From Mobula hypostoma (lineage: Eukaryota), in contig NC_086097.1 of the NCBI RefSeq assembly GCF_963921235.1, positions 236,532,001 through 236,596,000 of the forward strand: a stretch of 64,000 nucleotides of DNA, in the 5' to 3' direction. The position numbers were made by a program, and so were the translations under genes. This document shows positions 37,496 to 50,419 of this stretch, in pieces. Under the pieces are notes generated by a model. It searched no databases, was not told the origin of the DNA, and saw nothing but the letters and a program-made list of their open reading frames with translations. The stretch's first letter is position 1; each line of letters opens with the position of its first letter.

Positions 37496-38614
37496 GAAGG
37501 AAGATTGGCTTTATTTATCACGTGTATTGAACCATCGAAACATAGCATGAAGTATATTGTTTGTGTTGTGGATGCACTGGAGGCGGCTTGCAAGTGTCGC
37601 CATGCTTCAGGGGCCAACATAGCATGGCCCCATCCCACAATTTATTAACCCTAACTGTATGTTGTATGTCTTTGGAATGTGGGGGCAAACCTGGCTTTGT
37701 GCTCCTCCGCTGCATTTCCATCTCAACGGCTGGAGGCTACTGGTCCTCAGTGGAGGTAATTATAGAGACTTGACCTTGAGCTGCTCTGATTGCACCACGT
37801 TTGTGACATCTAGAGCAGACTATGCATGCCAGCTGTAAAGGAGCAGTTAGTGCACAGGAGAAGCAGCAAGGCTAGAATTCCCTGAGAGAAGACAGCAGAT
37901 TTCAGGCCACTGCCGCTGCCATGACTGGGTAGACTTAACTGGTCAGTGCTGAAATCTTGCCAGAACTGAGATGTTGCAACATTTCTGGGTCCAAACTGGA
38001 GTTGCCCAGAAATCGTTTGCATGTTGTATAGGGTAAGACCCAAACTTTTCATTAAGTCCTGTGCAAAATCCTTCATTCTCCATGATGATTCATTTAAGTT
38101 TTTCTTACTGGATTCCCAAGAATTTCACTGTTTCCTGCGGGCTGCATCATCAGAGAGTTGATCTAAATCTTGTGCAGTGGAAACCGTGTCCAACCACACC
38201 CTCTGTGAAGATGGGTCTCAGCTGCTCCTATTGACTATCCTGGCTGCAGATTGCTTGGCTTCCCCATCTCGAACTGTACTCATCACAGTGCAAGCTATCC
38301 TATCAATTATCTGATAACTGAGCTGGTGTCTTCACTTCAATTTCCAGGAGTGTTCATTCTTCTCAGCTGCCTCACTCTTCCAACTCTTGCTCCATCGTAT
38401 CACCTTGCCGCTGTAATCCTTGATGATCTGAAATGAAAAGGGTACAAGGGTGAAGCTGTGAGTGTAAGTATTTGAGATAGGCTTCTACGTCATCAAGAAC
38501 CCACTGTGGAATGTGGGAGATGTGGCATGAGAGAAGGGGGATCAGGTTATGAGAATTTTGTCACCTCCTATTATTTCACCAACAGAGCTCAAAGCATAGT
38601 ATCTGAATAAATAT

Positions 38615-39500
38615 CAGGTCTATTACCACCTACATATGTCATGAAACTTGTTGCTTTGCCACAGCAGTACAGTACAATACATTAAAAAATCTATATATAT
38701 AAAATTACTGTATATACCGGCTTTCCGTGACCATGATTGTTCATGGCAAAATTTTCTGCAGAAGTGCTGCCTTCTGGGCAGTGTCTTTACAAGACGGGTG
38801 ACCCCAGCCATTACCAATACTCTTCAGAGGTTGTTTAACGGGCGTCAGTGGTTGCATAACCAAGACTTGTGATATGCATCAGCTGCTGATACGACCGTCC
38901 ATCACCTGCTCCCATGGCATCACATGACCCTGATTGGGGCGGCTAAGCTGGTGCTACACTTTGCCAAAGGTGATCTGCAGGCTAGCGGAGAGAAGGAGCA
39001 CTTTACCCTTCCTTTGGTGCAGTTGTAGCTCCACCCGGCCACTGTTAAATTAAATTAAAGTAAATTAGTAGTGCAAAGAGAGAACGAAAATAGTGAAGTA
39101 GTGTTCATGAGTTCATTGTCCATTTAGAAATCTGATGACAGAGGGAAAGAAGTGGTTCCTAAAATGTTGAGTGTGTGTCTTCAGCCTCCTGTACCTTCTC
39201 CACAATGGTAGTAATAAGAAGAGGGCATTTCCTGGGTTGTGGGGTTTTTTAATGATGGGTGCCAACTGCTTGAGGCATTATCTTTTAAAATGTTTTCAAT
39301 AGTTTGGGGGCTAGTGCCCATGATGGTGATGGCTGTCTCTACATCCTTCTGCAGCTTTTTCCAGTCTTGTGCCATGGCCCCCCATTCTAGACGGTGGTGC
39401 AACCAGTTAGAATGCTCTCCACAGTGCATCTGTAGGAATTTGCTACAATCTTTGGTGACGTACCAGAGCTCCTCAAACTCCTGATGAAATATAGCCATGT
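38615..39500 (-). mobile_element. Rex1/Babar 3' fragment with a nested short element at about 38715-39040
   Basis: ORF 39387-39578 contains LYFIRSLRSSG...YRCTVESILTGC. Confidence 0.85.
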
Positions 39501-42309
39501 TCTTGCAAGGATATTCCTGTTCTTTTGCTCTAAGGTGGACTGATGGTCGTGGACTGATGAAACTTCATGAAGTTTCACGCTGCTCTAGTACGTCCGTTAG
39601 GTGGTGCTGCCGTTGTGGAGATGGGCAAGAGTTTGGATGGTGGGGAGGGTGTCATGGGCAGTGACTGTATAGCTGAAAATACTTTATGCTTAACATCACA
39701 GATAATAGTTTAACGAAGCATAAGCTTGTCAAGTTCGCTTAGATGCAGCAAGTTGCTTCTAAGGGAAAAAGAAAGGATTGGTCATTGAGCAAGCAATATT
39801 TAAAACTGAATGATTCATCAATTAGATATCATCTAGTTGTGTGTTTCACATGAAAACAGTCCAGCATAATTTTTGGCGCATGAATGTCTTACACCATAAT
39901 GATTATCTGATTCAAATGTCTTGGCTAATTGAGCATCCTAATTATATCTAAATCAGCATGCCATATATTAATTGATAACCCACTCTCTTTGCATTTTAAT
40001 AAAGAGTCTTTGTTTTATCTAACTGTGTTCAAGCATCTATTTGAGCTCATCAGGTTTTGCTCCTGATGAAGATTAAAAGGATATATGTAATTCAATTCAG
40101 TGTGAAAATGCGTTCAGTATGTTATTTTCTTGCTACACGGACATGGCAATTGAATGAAAAGCACATTAGGCTCACTCAGCGTGTCTTCCTTATCAATGTA
40201 TAGTTTGCTTCGTGAGCTCTTATGTTTAAAAAAAGGTGAAGTCAGTCAGATATCCATCCAGTGAACCATCACTTAAAACAAATAAATTACCAGTGAGGGA
40301 CAAAGTAATTACCAGTGAGAGGAAGATACAGCTGCATGGATAATTCGCCCCATTGTTATTTTTTTCCAGAGCTGTGATAAATCTTTCTCAGCCTTAAGGG
40401 TTATGCTTCATAGTCGACAAAGTTCACAGTGTAGAGCACTTGTAAAAATTGATCCATTTTGACACCCATGGAAATATATTGACTCACCAAGTATCCACAT
40501 CATCTTGTGAAAATCTCAAATATTACCTCATGCTTAGATTTCTGTGATTTGCAAGGTTCAGGTTTAATTACATTTGTGGATAAAACCCTGGGCTGTTCAC
40601 ATTTTCAGAGACCAAATTATTTTTCTTCACCTTGCAGTTTTGCTCCTGTGATTTTTTTTAATTTATTGATTCCTTGCTATCGTGCAGTTTTGTTCAGATT
40701 CATATTCAGATTTATTTAATACATGTACATTGAAATATACAATGAAATGAGTGTTTGCATGGACAACCAGCAAACCCAAGGACGTGCTGCAAGCATCGTC
40801 ACCCATTCTGATGCCAAAGTAGCATGCCCACAATGCTCCACCGAACAACACAAGCAGAACAATAACAGAACAAAACATGACAACAACAGCAAAAATAAGC
40901 CTCCTTTCCATCCCTCCCATCCACCCACCAGCTCATTCACACAGCCAGACCGACCTCCAACCCTGGACAGGCTGCCTCCAGGCCAACAGTCCTTGTTCCC
41001 AGATCCTCAGATTTGCCGACATTGGGCCTTGAACTTTGGGCCACCCCAGCATGCAATCATGGGTTTAAACTTCGGGCTTCAACTTCGGATTCACATGAAC
41101 CTCTGAACCAGGTGCTTCTGGCCCTGCTGATTCCTTCAGACTCTCATGGCTCCTTTGGGCTTTTATCTCATTATTCATTCTGCTCTGGACTTCAACCTTC
41201 AGCTTTGTCCTCTGAACTTCACTGGCTTTGAACTTTGGGTGGGCCTCTACTTCTAAACTCGCATGGACGTTGACTTCTGGATTCACGCTGAACTCGGACT
41301 CCAGTGACCTGGGGATAATAGGTCCTAAAAACTCCTGCCCATACCTGAGTCTTGCTGCCCTGGGACCAGTCTCTGTCCTTGCGATTGTTGTTCTCCATCT
41401 TGGGGATCACTGATCTCCTCAGTATCTATGACTTGACTTCCAGGATCGCTGACATTCAACCGTGGAGCATTTTGACCTAGACTCAAACTTCCACCCAGAC
41501 TTTTCATTTGGACTTCCCCTCATCGCTGTGCCTGAATCCTAACCTAGCCACTAACTCCCCTTCTGTCCCCAAAACCATTGCAACAAACCTAAAAGAACAA
41601 CAAAATCAACAGAGACCTGAGCCCATCACCAACTTGACCAGAATCATTTACAGTCGCCATTTAATTTCTTTCCCATGAGGCCAAAATTCCACCATTTGGA
41701 TTATTAGTGAGTCCCCAGAGTCTATTCTGCTGTAAATGGCAGATCACCCTCACCACTGAGCCTAAACTTACCTATAATGCATTGAGATACATTATCCAGC
41801 ACTGGTTGTTAGCTTGGGATCTAAATGGGGAACTGGATCTCAAATTAGAAATCTTCAATCAACTAAAATTTAAGATGTTACAGTCCTCGAGAAGAGATAA
41901 TGAGCACAATGAGTTGGGGATCACGGTTGTTATTTTAAGATCCAAAGATTTTTCATTCTGAGTCAATAAAAAACCTCCCACAGTTGTTTGCTCAAAGTAT
42001 AAGAAACTTTGTTACAGATAGGAGTTATCTTGTCTTCTTGATAGCCAGTGATTTATCATTCTCTATTTTTATGTAGTCTCGGTGATAAGGACGGTATGTT
42101 CTCAATTTGACTACAATCAGCATACAATTTTAATATAACAACTCTGGAGAGTATAATCTATCACTTCATCATCCCACAAAGTGACCTGTTGGCTCCTTTA
42201 GCCAATGAACTGTCAAAATCCTACAGTAGGTTATATATCATAAACTAACAATATTCAGATTCAGATTTATTTATTACATGTACATTGAAACATACGGTGA
42301 ACTGTGTCA

Positions 42310-43030
42310 TAGAGTCATTGGAAATTACAGCACAGAAACAGGCCCTTTGGCCCATCTAGTCCATGCCAGACCATTTAAACTGCTTACTCCCATTAACCTG
42401 CACCCAAACTATAGCTCTCTATACCCTGACCATCCATTCTATTCAAACGTCTCTTAAATGTCGAAATTTAGTTCGTGTGCAGCACTTGTACTGGCAGCTT
42501 GTTCCACACTCTCACTACCCTCTGAGTGAAGAAGTTTCCCTTCATGTTCCCCTTAAACCATAGAAACCATAGAAAAACTACAGCACAGAAACAGGCCTTT
42601 TGGCCCTTCTTGGCTGTGCCGAACTATTTTCTGCCTGGTCCCACAGACCTACACATGGACCATATCCCTCCATGCACCTCCCATCCATGTATCTGTCCAA
42701 TTAAGAAAGAGGGGTGCCCAAACCTTTCATCTTTAATCCTTAACACATGACCTCTACTGTACTCCCATCCAACCTCAGTGGAAAAAATCTGCTTGCATTT
42801 ATCCTATTGATACCCCTCAAAACTTTGTATACCCCTATCAAATCTTACCTCAATATTCTACATTCCAAGGAATAAAGTCCTAATGTATTCAACCTTACCT
42901 TATTGCTCAGGTCCTTCAAACCCGCCAACATCCTTGTAAGTTTTCTTTGAACTCTTTCAACCTTATTAACATCTTTCCTGTAGGCGGGTGACCAAAATTA
43001 CACACAATGCTCCAAATTAGGCCTCACCTT
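42310..43030 (-). mobile_element. CR1 3' fragment with a second CR1 tail nested at about 42557-42700
   Basis: Antisense FFTQRVV signature (actaccctctgagtgaagaag), gaccaaaattacacacaat, and tail ccatagaaaccatagaaa. Confidence 0.85.
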
Positions 43031-43359
43031 CAATAGGTTTCAATATGTGCAGTTAATGTCGGAGAAATACATACAATATACATGCTGAAGTTTTTTTTCT
43101 TCGCAGACATCCATGAAAACAGAGGGGTGCCCAAAGAATGAATGACAGCTAAAATGTTAGAAACCCAAAGCACCCCCCCCCAACTCCCCCTCCCACTTAC
43201 AAGCAGCAGTAAGGCAACAACCCCTCCCCCCCACCCACTCTCACTAGCAAAAAAGCATCAGCACCCTCCAACGAGCACTCTAGCACGCAGCAAAGCATCG
43301 ATAAAGACACACACTTGCAGTACACCAAAAATTACTCATTCGCCCAATAATTCGACATA

Positions 43360-44325
43360 CCTGTACAATGCAATACATGATAATAAAGAAAGGAAAAGAG
43401 ATAAATAAATTATAGTAAGCGTATATTCACATACTGAATAGATTTTAAATAGTGCAAAACAGAAATAATATATATTAAAAAAGTGGTTTCAATGTCCATT
43501 TAGGAATCATATGGAAGAGGGGAAGAAATTGTTCCTGAACCACAGAGTGTGTGCCTTCAGGCTTCTGTACCATGTTCCTGATAGTAACAATGAGAAGAGG
43601 ACATGCCCCGAATGATGGAGGTTCTTCATAATGGATGTTGCCTTCCTGAGACACTGTTCCTTGAAGATGTCTTGGATACTATGGAGCTGGTACCCAAGAT
43701 GGAGCTGACTATGTTACGACTTTCTGTAGCTTCTTTTGGTCCTGTGCAGTAGCCCCCTCCCTCTCGTACCAGACAATGAAGCAGCCTGTCAGAATGCTCT
43801 CCACAGACAAACACAATCTCTTCAAACTCCTGATGAAATACAGCAGCTGTCTTGCCTTTTTTATAGCAGCATCGATATGTTGGGACCAGGTTAGATCCTC
43901 AGAGATCTTGACATCTAGGAACATGAAATTGCTCACTCCCTCCACTTCTGATCCCTCTATAAGGATTGGTTCATGTTTCCTCGTCTTACCCTTCGTAAAG
44001 TCCACAATCTGCTCTTTGATCTTACTGACATTGAGTGGAAGGTTAATGCTGTGACACCACTCAACTGGCTGCTTTATCTCTCTCCTGTACAACCTCTCAT
44101 CTTCATCTGAGATTCTACCAACAGTGGTTGCATCACCAGCAAATTTATTGATGGTATTTGAGTTATATCTAGCTGCACAGTTGTGGGTATAGAGGAAGTA
44201 GAGCAGTGGGCTAAGCACACACCCCTGAGGGGCACCAGTGTTGATCATCAGCAAGGAGGAGATATTATCACCAAGCCGCACAGATTGTGCTCTCCTGGTT
44301 AGGAAGTTGAGGATCAAATTGCGGA
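43360..44325 (-). mobile_element. Rex1/Babar LINE RT fragment
   Basis: ORF 43709-44371 contains TGAPQGCVLSPLLYFLYTHNC...KFAGDATTVG...KKARQLLYFIRSLK. Confidence 0.92.
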
Positions 44326-45374
44326 GGCTCTCTTCATGCCCATCATCCCTGCCTAATCCAGAATCTATCAACCCCTACCTTAAATATAAATAAAGAGTTG
44401 GTCTCCACAGCTGCCTGTGGTAAAGAATTCTATTGATTCTCCATTCTGTGGCTAAAAATATTCCTCCTTATCTCCACTCTAAAAGGACGCCCCTCTCTTC
44501 TGAGGCTGTGTCCTCTGATCTAAGGCTTTCTCACCACAGGAAACATTCTCTGCACATCCACTCTAACAAGGCCTTTTATCATTCGATAGGGCTCAATGAG
44601 GTTATCCCTTATTCTTCTGCATTCCAGTGAATACAGGCCCAGAGCCATCAAAAGCTCTTCATATGACAAGCCATTCAATCCTAGAATTGTTTTCGTGAAC
44701 CTCCTTTGAACCCTCTTCAGTTTCAGCACATCCTTTCTAAGATGAGGGACCCAAAACTGCTCACAATACTCCAAAAGAGGCCTCACCAGTGCTTTATGAA
44801 GTTTCAACATTACATCCTTGCTTTTATATTCTAGTCCTCTTGAAAAGAATGCTAACACATTGCATTTGCCTCCCTCGCCACAGATTCAACATACAAATTA
44901 ACCTTTAGCAAATCCTGTACAAGGACTCCCCCCCGCCCCGCCCGCACCTCAGTTTTTTGTATATTCTCTCCACTTAGAAAAGAGTCAGCCCTTTCATTTA
45001 CTCTGCCAAAGTGCATGACTATACACTTCCTGACACTGTATTCCATCTGCCATTTCTTTGATCATTCCCCAAATCTGTTTAAGTCCTTTCATAGCCTCAC
45101 TACTTTTTCAGAACTACCTGGCCTTCAGCTACCTTCATACCACCTGCAAACCTAGCAGCAAAGCCATCAACTCCATTATCCAAATCATTGACATTTCGTG
45201 TAAAAAGAATTGGCCCCAAAACAGACCCCCATGGAACACCACTACAGCCGTGCAGCCGGTCAAGAAAGGCTCTCTTTATTACCACACTTCGCCTCCTGCC
45301 AATCAGCCGCTGTTTTATCCATTCTTGATTCTTCCCTGTAATACCATGGGCTCAAAGCTGTTAAGCAGCTTCAT

Positions 45375-46948
45375 CAGCTTCACTCCATGTGATATCAAGA
45401 AATGGCTGAAAGCACTGGATACTGCAAAGGCTATGGGCCCAGACAAAATCCCAGCAATAATCCTGAAGGCTTACGCTGTAGAGCTTGTTGCACCACTAGC
45501 CAACTTGTTCCAGTACAGCTACAACACGGGCATTTACCTGGCAATATGGAAAATTGCCCAGGTATATCCTGTACACAAGAAACAGGACAAGTCCAACCCA
45601 ACCTATTATCAGCCTACTCTCAATCATCAGCAAAATAACAGAAGGGGTTATCAACAGTGCTATCATGCAGCACCTACTCAGCTTACAGCTGCCCAGTTTG
45701 GGTTCTGTCAAAGCCACTCGGCTCCTGATCTCATCACCTACTTGGTCCAAACATGGATGAAAGAGCTAAATACCAGAGATGTGGTGAGAGTGATAGCCCT
45801 CAACATCAAGGCAGCATGTGACCGAGTATGCCATCAAAGTACCCTAGCTAAAATGGAGACAATGGGAATTAGGGAAAAAACCCTTTGCGGGTTTTAATCA
45901 TACCTGGCACAAAGGAAGATGGTTGTAGTGGTTGGAGGCCAATCATCTCATCTTCAGGACACCACTGCAAGAGTTCCTCAGGGAAGTGTCCAAGTACCAA
46001 CCATCTTCAGCTGTTTCATCAATGACCTTCCTTCCGTCATAAGGTCAGAAATGGGGATTTTTGCAGATGACTGCACAATGTTCTGCACCATTCGTGACTC
46101 CTCAAATAGTGAAGCAGTTCACACCCAAATGCAGCAGGACCTGGACAATATCCAGACTTGGGCTGACAAGTGGCAAGTAACATTCAAGCCATGCAAATGC
46201 CAGGCAATGACCATCTCCAACAAGAGAGGCCCTAACTATTGTCCCTTGACCTTCAGTGTTATCACCATCACTGAATCCCCTACTGTCAAAATCCTGGGAG
46301 TTCCCATAGACAGGAAACTGAACTGGTCTAGCCATATAAACACTGTGGCTACCAGAGCAGGTCAAAGGCTAGGAATCCTGCGGCATGTAACTCACCTCCT
46401 GACTCCCTGAAGCCTGTCCATGGCTCAGGTCGGGAGTGTACTGGAATACTCACCACTCACCTGGATGAGTGCAGCTCCATCAACACTCAAGAAGCTTGAG
46501 ACCATCCTGTACGAGGCAGCCCACTTGATTGGTACCCCTTCCACAAGCATCCAATCCCTCCACCATCAATGAACAGTTGCAGCAGTGTGTACCATCTACA
46601 AGATACACTGCAACAACACACCAAAGTTCCTAAGGCAGCACCTTCCAGACCCACAACCATCACCATCTAGAAGGATGAGAAAAGCAGATACCTGGGAACA
46701 CCATCGCTTGGAAATCCCCCTCCAAGTCACTCACCATCCTGACTTGGAAACATATCACTGTTCCTTAATTGTCGGTGGGTCAAAATCATGGATTCCCTCC
46801 CTACTGTGGGTGTTCCTACACCTCAGGGACTGCAGCGGTTCAAGAAGGCAGCTCATCACCACCTCCTCAAGGGCAACTAGGGATGGGCAATAAATGCTGG
46901 CTTAGCTGGAGACACCCACATCCCGTAAATGAATAAATAAATAAAAAT
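45375..46948 (+). mobile_element. Divergent CR1-group LINE (different family from the dominant CR1), RT plus 3' stem-loop tail
   Basis: KAMGPDKIP, WKIAQVYPVHKK, IALNIKAACDRVCH, VPQGSV and GIFADDC. Ends gggatgggcaataaatgctggc...cccacatccc followed by (AATA)n. Confidence 0.85.
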
Positions 46949-47285
46949 ATATGGCACCTTGATAAAGGTCTTCTGAAAATCCAAGCACACAACATGAACC
47001 AATTCTCCTTTGTCTGACTAGTAGCTATTTCTTCAAAGAATTCCAGCAGATATGTCGGACAAGATCTTCCCTTGAGGAAACTACATTGACTACGGCCTAT
47101 TTAAGCATATACTCCGAAATACCCTGAAACCTCATCCATAATAATTGACTCCAACTTCTCCCGAACTATTGAGGTCAGATTAACTGGCCTATAGTTTTGT
47201 TTCTTCTGCCTTTCTCTCTTCTTGAAGAGTGGAGTGACATTTACAATTTTCCAGTCTTCCGGAACTGTTCCAGAATATAGTAATT

Positions 47286-47758
47286 CTTGTGTCTGAGTCG
47301 ACTAAGCAAGTGGTGCTGCTGGAGCTGACAGTCCCATGGGAAGATAGCTTAGAAGACGCCTTTGAAAGAAGCTCTCCAAGTACGCAGGACTGGTTAGTAA
47401 CTGTCAGCAGGCTGGATGGAGAGCGAGGTGTCTCCCAGTGGAGGTTGGTTATAGGGGATTCGTAGCCCATTCTTTAGTTGAGCCTTCAGCATTTTGGGCA
47501 TCGAGGGAGAGAGGAAGAGGAGAGCCATCCACAGTACCACCCATGCGGCAGAGAGGGCCTCAGGATGGCTGTGACTCAAGAGAGGGAAGCGAAGGAGTCA
47601 TAAGTAGCTAGCCATCTGGTCACAAGCTGTTGTCTGATCAGCCCCAGCTGGGTCACCTGGAGGAGGTTGTATGATGTTGAAAGACCCGAAGCACCCAATG
47701 ATTCCAGGAACATCACTGAAGATGTGTCCAGAAGCATTAATAGATGTATGTACACAGC
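47286..47758 (+). mobile_element. Hero-clade (restriction-like endonuclease) non-LTR retrotransposon 3' fragment
   Basis: Translation across frameshifts reads LVSESTKQVVLLELTVPWEDSLEDAFER/KLSKYAGLVSNCQQAGWRARCLPVEVGYRGF...AAERASGWL. The ELTVPWE, KY and PVEVG motifs are characteristic of the Hero RLE. Confidence 0.88.
47665..47728 (+). ncRNA. Candidate permuted hammerhead ribozyme in the Hero 3' UTR (this copy mutated)
   Basis: GGUUG-UA^UGAUGUU ... GACCC-GAAG-CACCC ... AACAUCA-CUGAAGA-U-GUGUC. Stem I 7/7 pairs, stem II 4/5, stem III 4/5. Confidence 0.5.
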
Positions 47759-48484
47759 AGAAGGATCATTACTAATGCCTCCACAACCTTTTCATCTATC
47801 TCTTTCAGAACATTAGGGTGATTACCATCTGTCCCAGAGACTTATTTACCTTCAGACCTTTCAGTTTCCCAAGAGCCATCTCTCTAGTAACGATAACTTC
47901 ACATACTTCATGCCCCTTGACACCTGGAACTTCCACATACTGCTAGTGTCTTCCACAGTGAAGACTGATGCAAAATACTTATTCCGCTTGTCTGCCATTT
48001 CCTTATCCCCCATGACTCTCTCTCCAGCATCGTTTTCCATTGTCCAATATCCATTCTTGCCTCTCTTTCACACTTTATGTATCTGAAGAAACGTTTGGTA
48101 TCCTCTTTAATATTACTGCACAGTTTAATTTTGTATTCCATCTTTATTTTCTCAATCACTTTTTAGTTGCCTTCTGTTGGTTTTTAAAAGTTTCCCAATC
48201 CTCTAACTTCCCAGTAATTTTTGCTCTATTATATTCCATCGCTTCAGCTTTTTTGTTAGCCATGGCTGTGTCATCTTGCCTTTAGAATACTTCTTCCTCT
48301 TTGGGATGTTTATTTCCTGTGCCTTCCAAATTGCTTCCAGAAATTCCAGACAATGCTACTCTACCATCATCCCTGCCAGTGTTCTTTTCCAATCAATTCT
48401 GGCCAACTCCTCTCTCATGCCTCTGTAATTCCTTTTACAAATATTGATACATCTGACTTTAGCTTCTCCTTCTCAAGGTTCAGG

Positions 48485-49240
48485 ATGATAACAAACTGTG
48501 CAAATACAAAAGATAAATAAACAATAAATATTGGGAACATGAGATCATTGAAAGTGAGTCCATAGATTGTAGGAACAGTTCAGTGATGAGGTATGTGATA
48601 TTGACTCAAATATCCCTGTGGTTCAAGAGCCCAATGGTTGAGGGGTAGCAACTGCTGCTAAAGCTGGTCATGTGGAACCTGAGTCTCCTGTATCTTCTTC
48701 CTGATGGTAGCAGTGAAAAGAGAGCATGTCCTGGGTGGTGGAGGGGGAGGGGGTCCCTGATGATGGATTCTGCTTTCCTGTGATAGCACTGCATGTAGAT
48801 GTGCTCGATGTAGAGGAGGGCTTTACCCATGATAGACTGGGTCATAGCCAATATTATTTGTTGGACTTTCTATTCAAGGGCGTTGGTGTTTCCATAACAG
48901 GCTATGATGCAACCAGTCAATATACTCTCCATCACACATCTATAGAGGTTTTTTCAAATAATTAGATATCATGCCGAATATTCACAAACTTCTAAGGAAA
49001 TAGAGTTGGTGTCATGCTTTCTTCATAATTGCAGTTAAGTGCTGGGCCTCTGAAATGATAACACCAAGGAATTTTAAATTACCGACTCTCTCCAACTTTT
49101 ATCTCCCATTGAGGACTGCCTCATGGAGCTCCAGTTTCCACCTCCTGGTCAATAATCAATTCCTTGGTCTTGTTTGCTTTGAGTGAGAGGATGGCACCAA
49201 TCAGCCAAGTTTTTAACATCCCTCCTATATGCTGATACAG
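48485..49240 (-). mobile_element. Rex1/Babar fragment
   Basis: ORF 48606-48851 (HPGHALFSLLPSGRRYRRL) and ORF 49121-49327 (LKANKTKELIID). Confidence 0.85.
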
Positions 49241-49477
49241 CCAATGGCAGTGATGTTTTAGACAAACCTTGATCTGGACCTCCAATTGACTTTTGTGCTT
49301 CAGTCTGGACCCCTGATTGACTTTCAAGCTTTGATTTTCGGTATCGACCTAGACTCACATGATGATGAATGGGTCCCTCAATGAGGGCACAAACTCCAGG
49401 GCTCAAACACCAGCATTGCTAGGCCTTGCAAAATTCCAGTCTTGCAGATGACAGGAACATGAATATGTTCTTATATC

Positions 49478-50035
49478 AACACACAGAAAATGCTGGAGGA
49501 ACTGAGCAAGTCAGACAGCATCTAGAAAGGTATAAACAGTCGATGTTTCAGGTCAAGTCCCTTCATCAGCTATGGAAAGAAAAGGGGAAGAAGCCAGAAT
49601 AAGAAAATGGGGGTAGGGGAATAAGCACAAGCTGGCTGGATAAGTGAAACCAGATGGGGCGGGGGGTGTAGGGGAGAGGAAATGAAGTAAGTAGCTGGGA
49701 GGTGATAGGTGGAAGAGGTAAAGGGCTGAAGAAGAAGGAATCTAACAGGAAAGGACAGTGGACCATAAGAGAAAGGAAAAGAGTGAGTTGATAGGTGGGT
49801 GAGGTGGAAAGAAGGAGTGAGAGGGGATCCAGAATGGGGAATGGTAAATGAGAAAAGTGGAGGGGGGGGAAGAAATAACTGGAAGTTAGAGAAATTGACG
49901 TTCATGCCATTAGTTTGGAGGCTACCCAAATGGAATATAAGGTGTCGCTTCTCCATTCGAAGTGTGGCCTCATTGTGGCAGCAGAGAAGGCCAGGGACTG
50001 ACATGTTGGAATGGAAATGGGAAGTGGAATTGAAT
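49478..50035 (-). mobile_element. Penelope-like element 3' end with hammerhead motif at 49537-49572
   Basis: ORF 49570-50085 contains FNSTSHFHSNMSV...LRMEKRHLIFHLGSLQTNGMN. Minus strand reads CUGAUGA-A-GGGACUUGACCU-GAAA-C-AUC-GACUG. Confidence 0.9.
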
Positions 50036-50419
50036 TTTTTTTTATATAATTGGCTCAATTCAACACAATTACAATAGTGTGACATGGAAAATACACCTCT
50101 AGAGTGAGTGAGGCTAGGTCACATGGTTTCTCATTACAAATATACCATGCCTTCATTTTTATTTTGATTTCTTTCCCCTTTCGTTCCAGTCCCACTCTCC
50201 TCAAGTTAGAAAACAGGCAACTCCCTTCAAGCATACCAGATCCAATGCAGTGCTGGAAAACTAACTGGTACCCTGAAGTTTAATACCATAGTGGGGTAAT
50301 CACTTGTCTGGTTGAACATGAGTCACCTTTGCACGAGTATGTTAAATCACAACCGACGGCTGTGAAATACAAGATGTATTCAGTTCTGTCAATTGCCTTG
50401 TGTGTCATTATTGTTATAT

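Larger units (their letters stand above)
44345..48475 (-). mobile_element. Long degenerate CR1 hosting two unrelated LINE insertions
   Basis: ORFs 44520-44858, 44852-45046, 45100-45285 and 47908-48159 are collinear CR1 ORF2 pieces, interrupted at about 45375-46948 and 47286-47758. Confidence 0.92.

Noticed and set aside
39551..39595. CTGATGA plus hairpin as a hammerhead
   Set aside because: The hairpin is followed by TCAC rather than GAAA, and there is no stem III.
40047..40069. TCATCAGG/CCTGATGA hairpin as a ribozyme or C/D snoRNA
   Set aside because: Only an 8-bp inverted repeat, with no GAAA box or terminal stem in register.
41000..41520. Degenerate gactt/ggact repeats as a CRISPR-like array
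   Set aside because: No constant repeat length or unique spacers. It is the low-complexity interior of a eukaryotic interspersed repeat.
45058..45897. 279-aa ORF as a novel protein
   Set aside because: Antisense CR1 sequence running into a frameshifted RT of the nested LINE.
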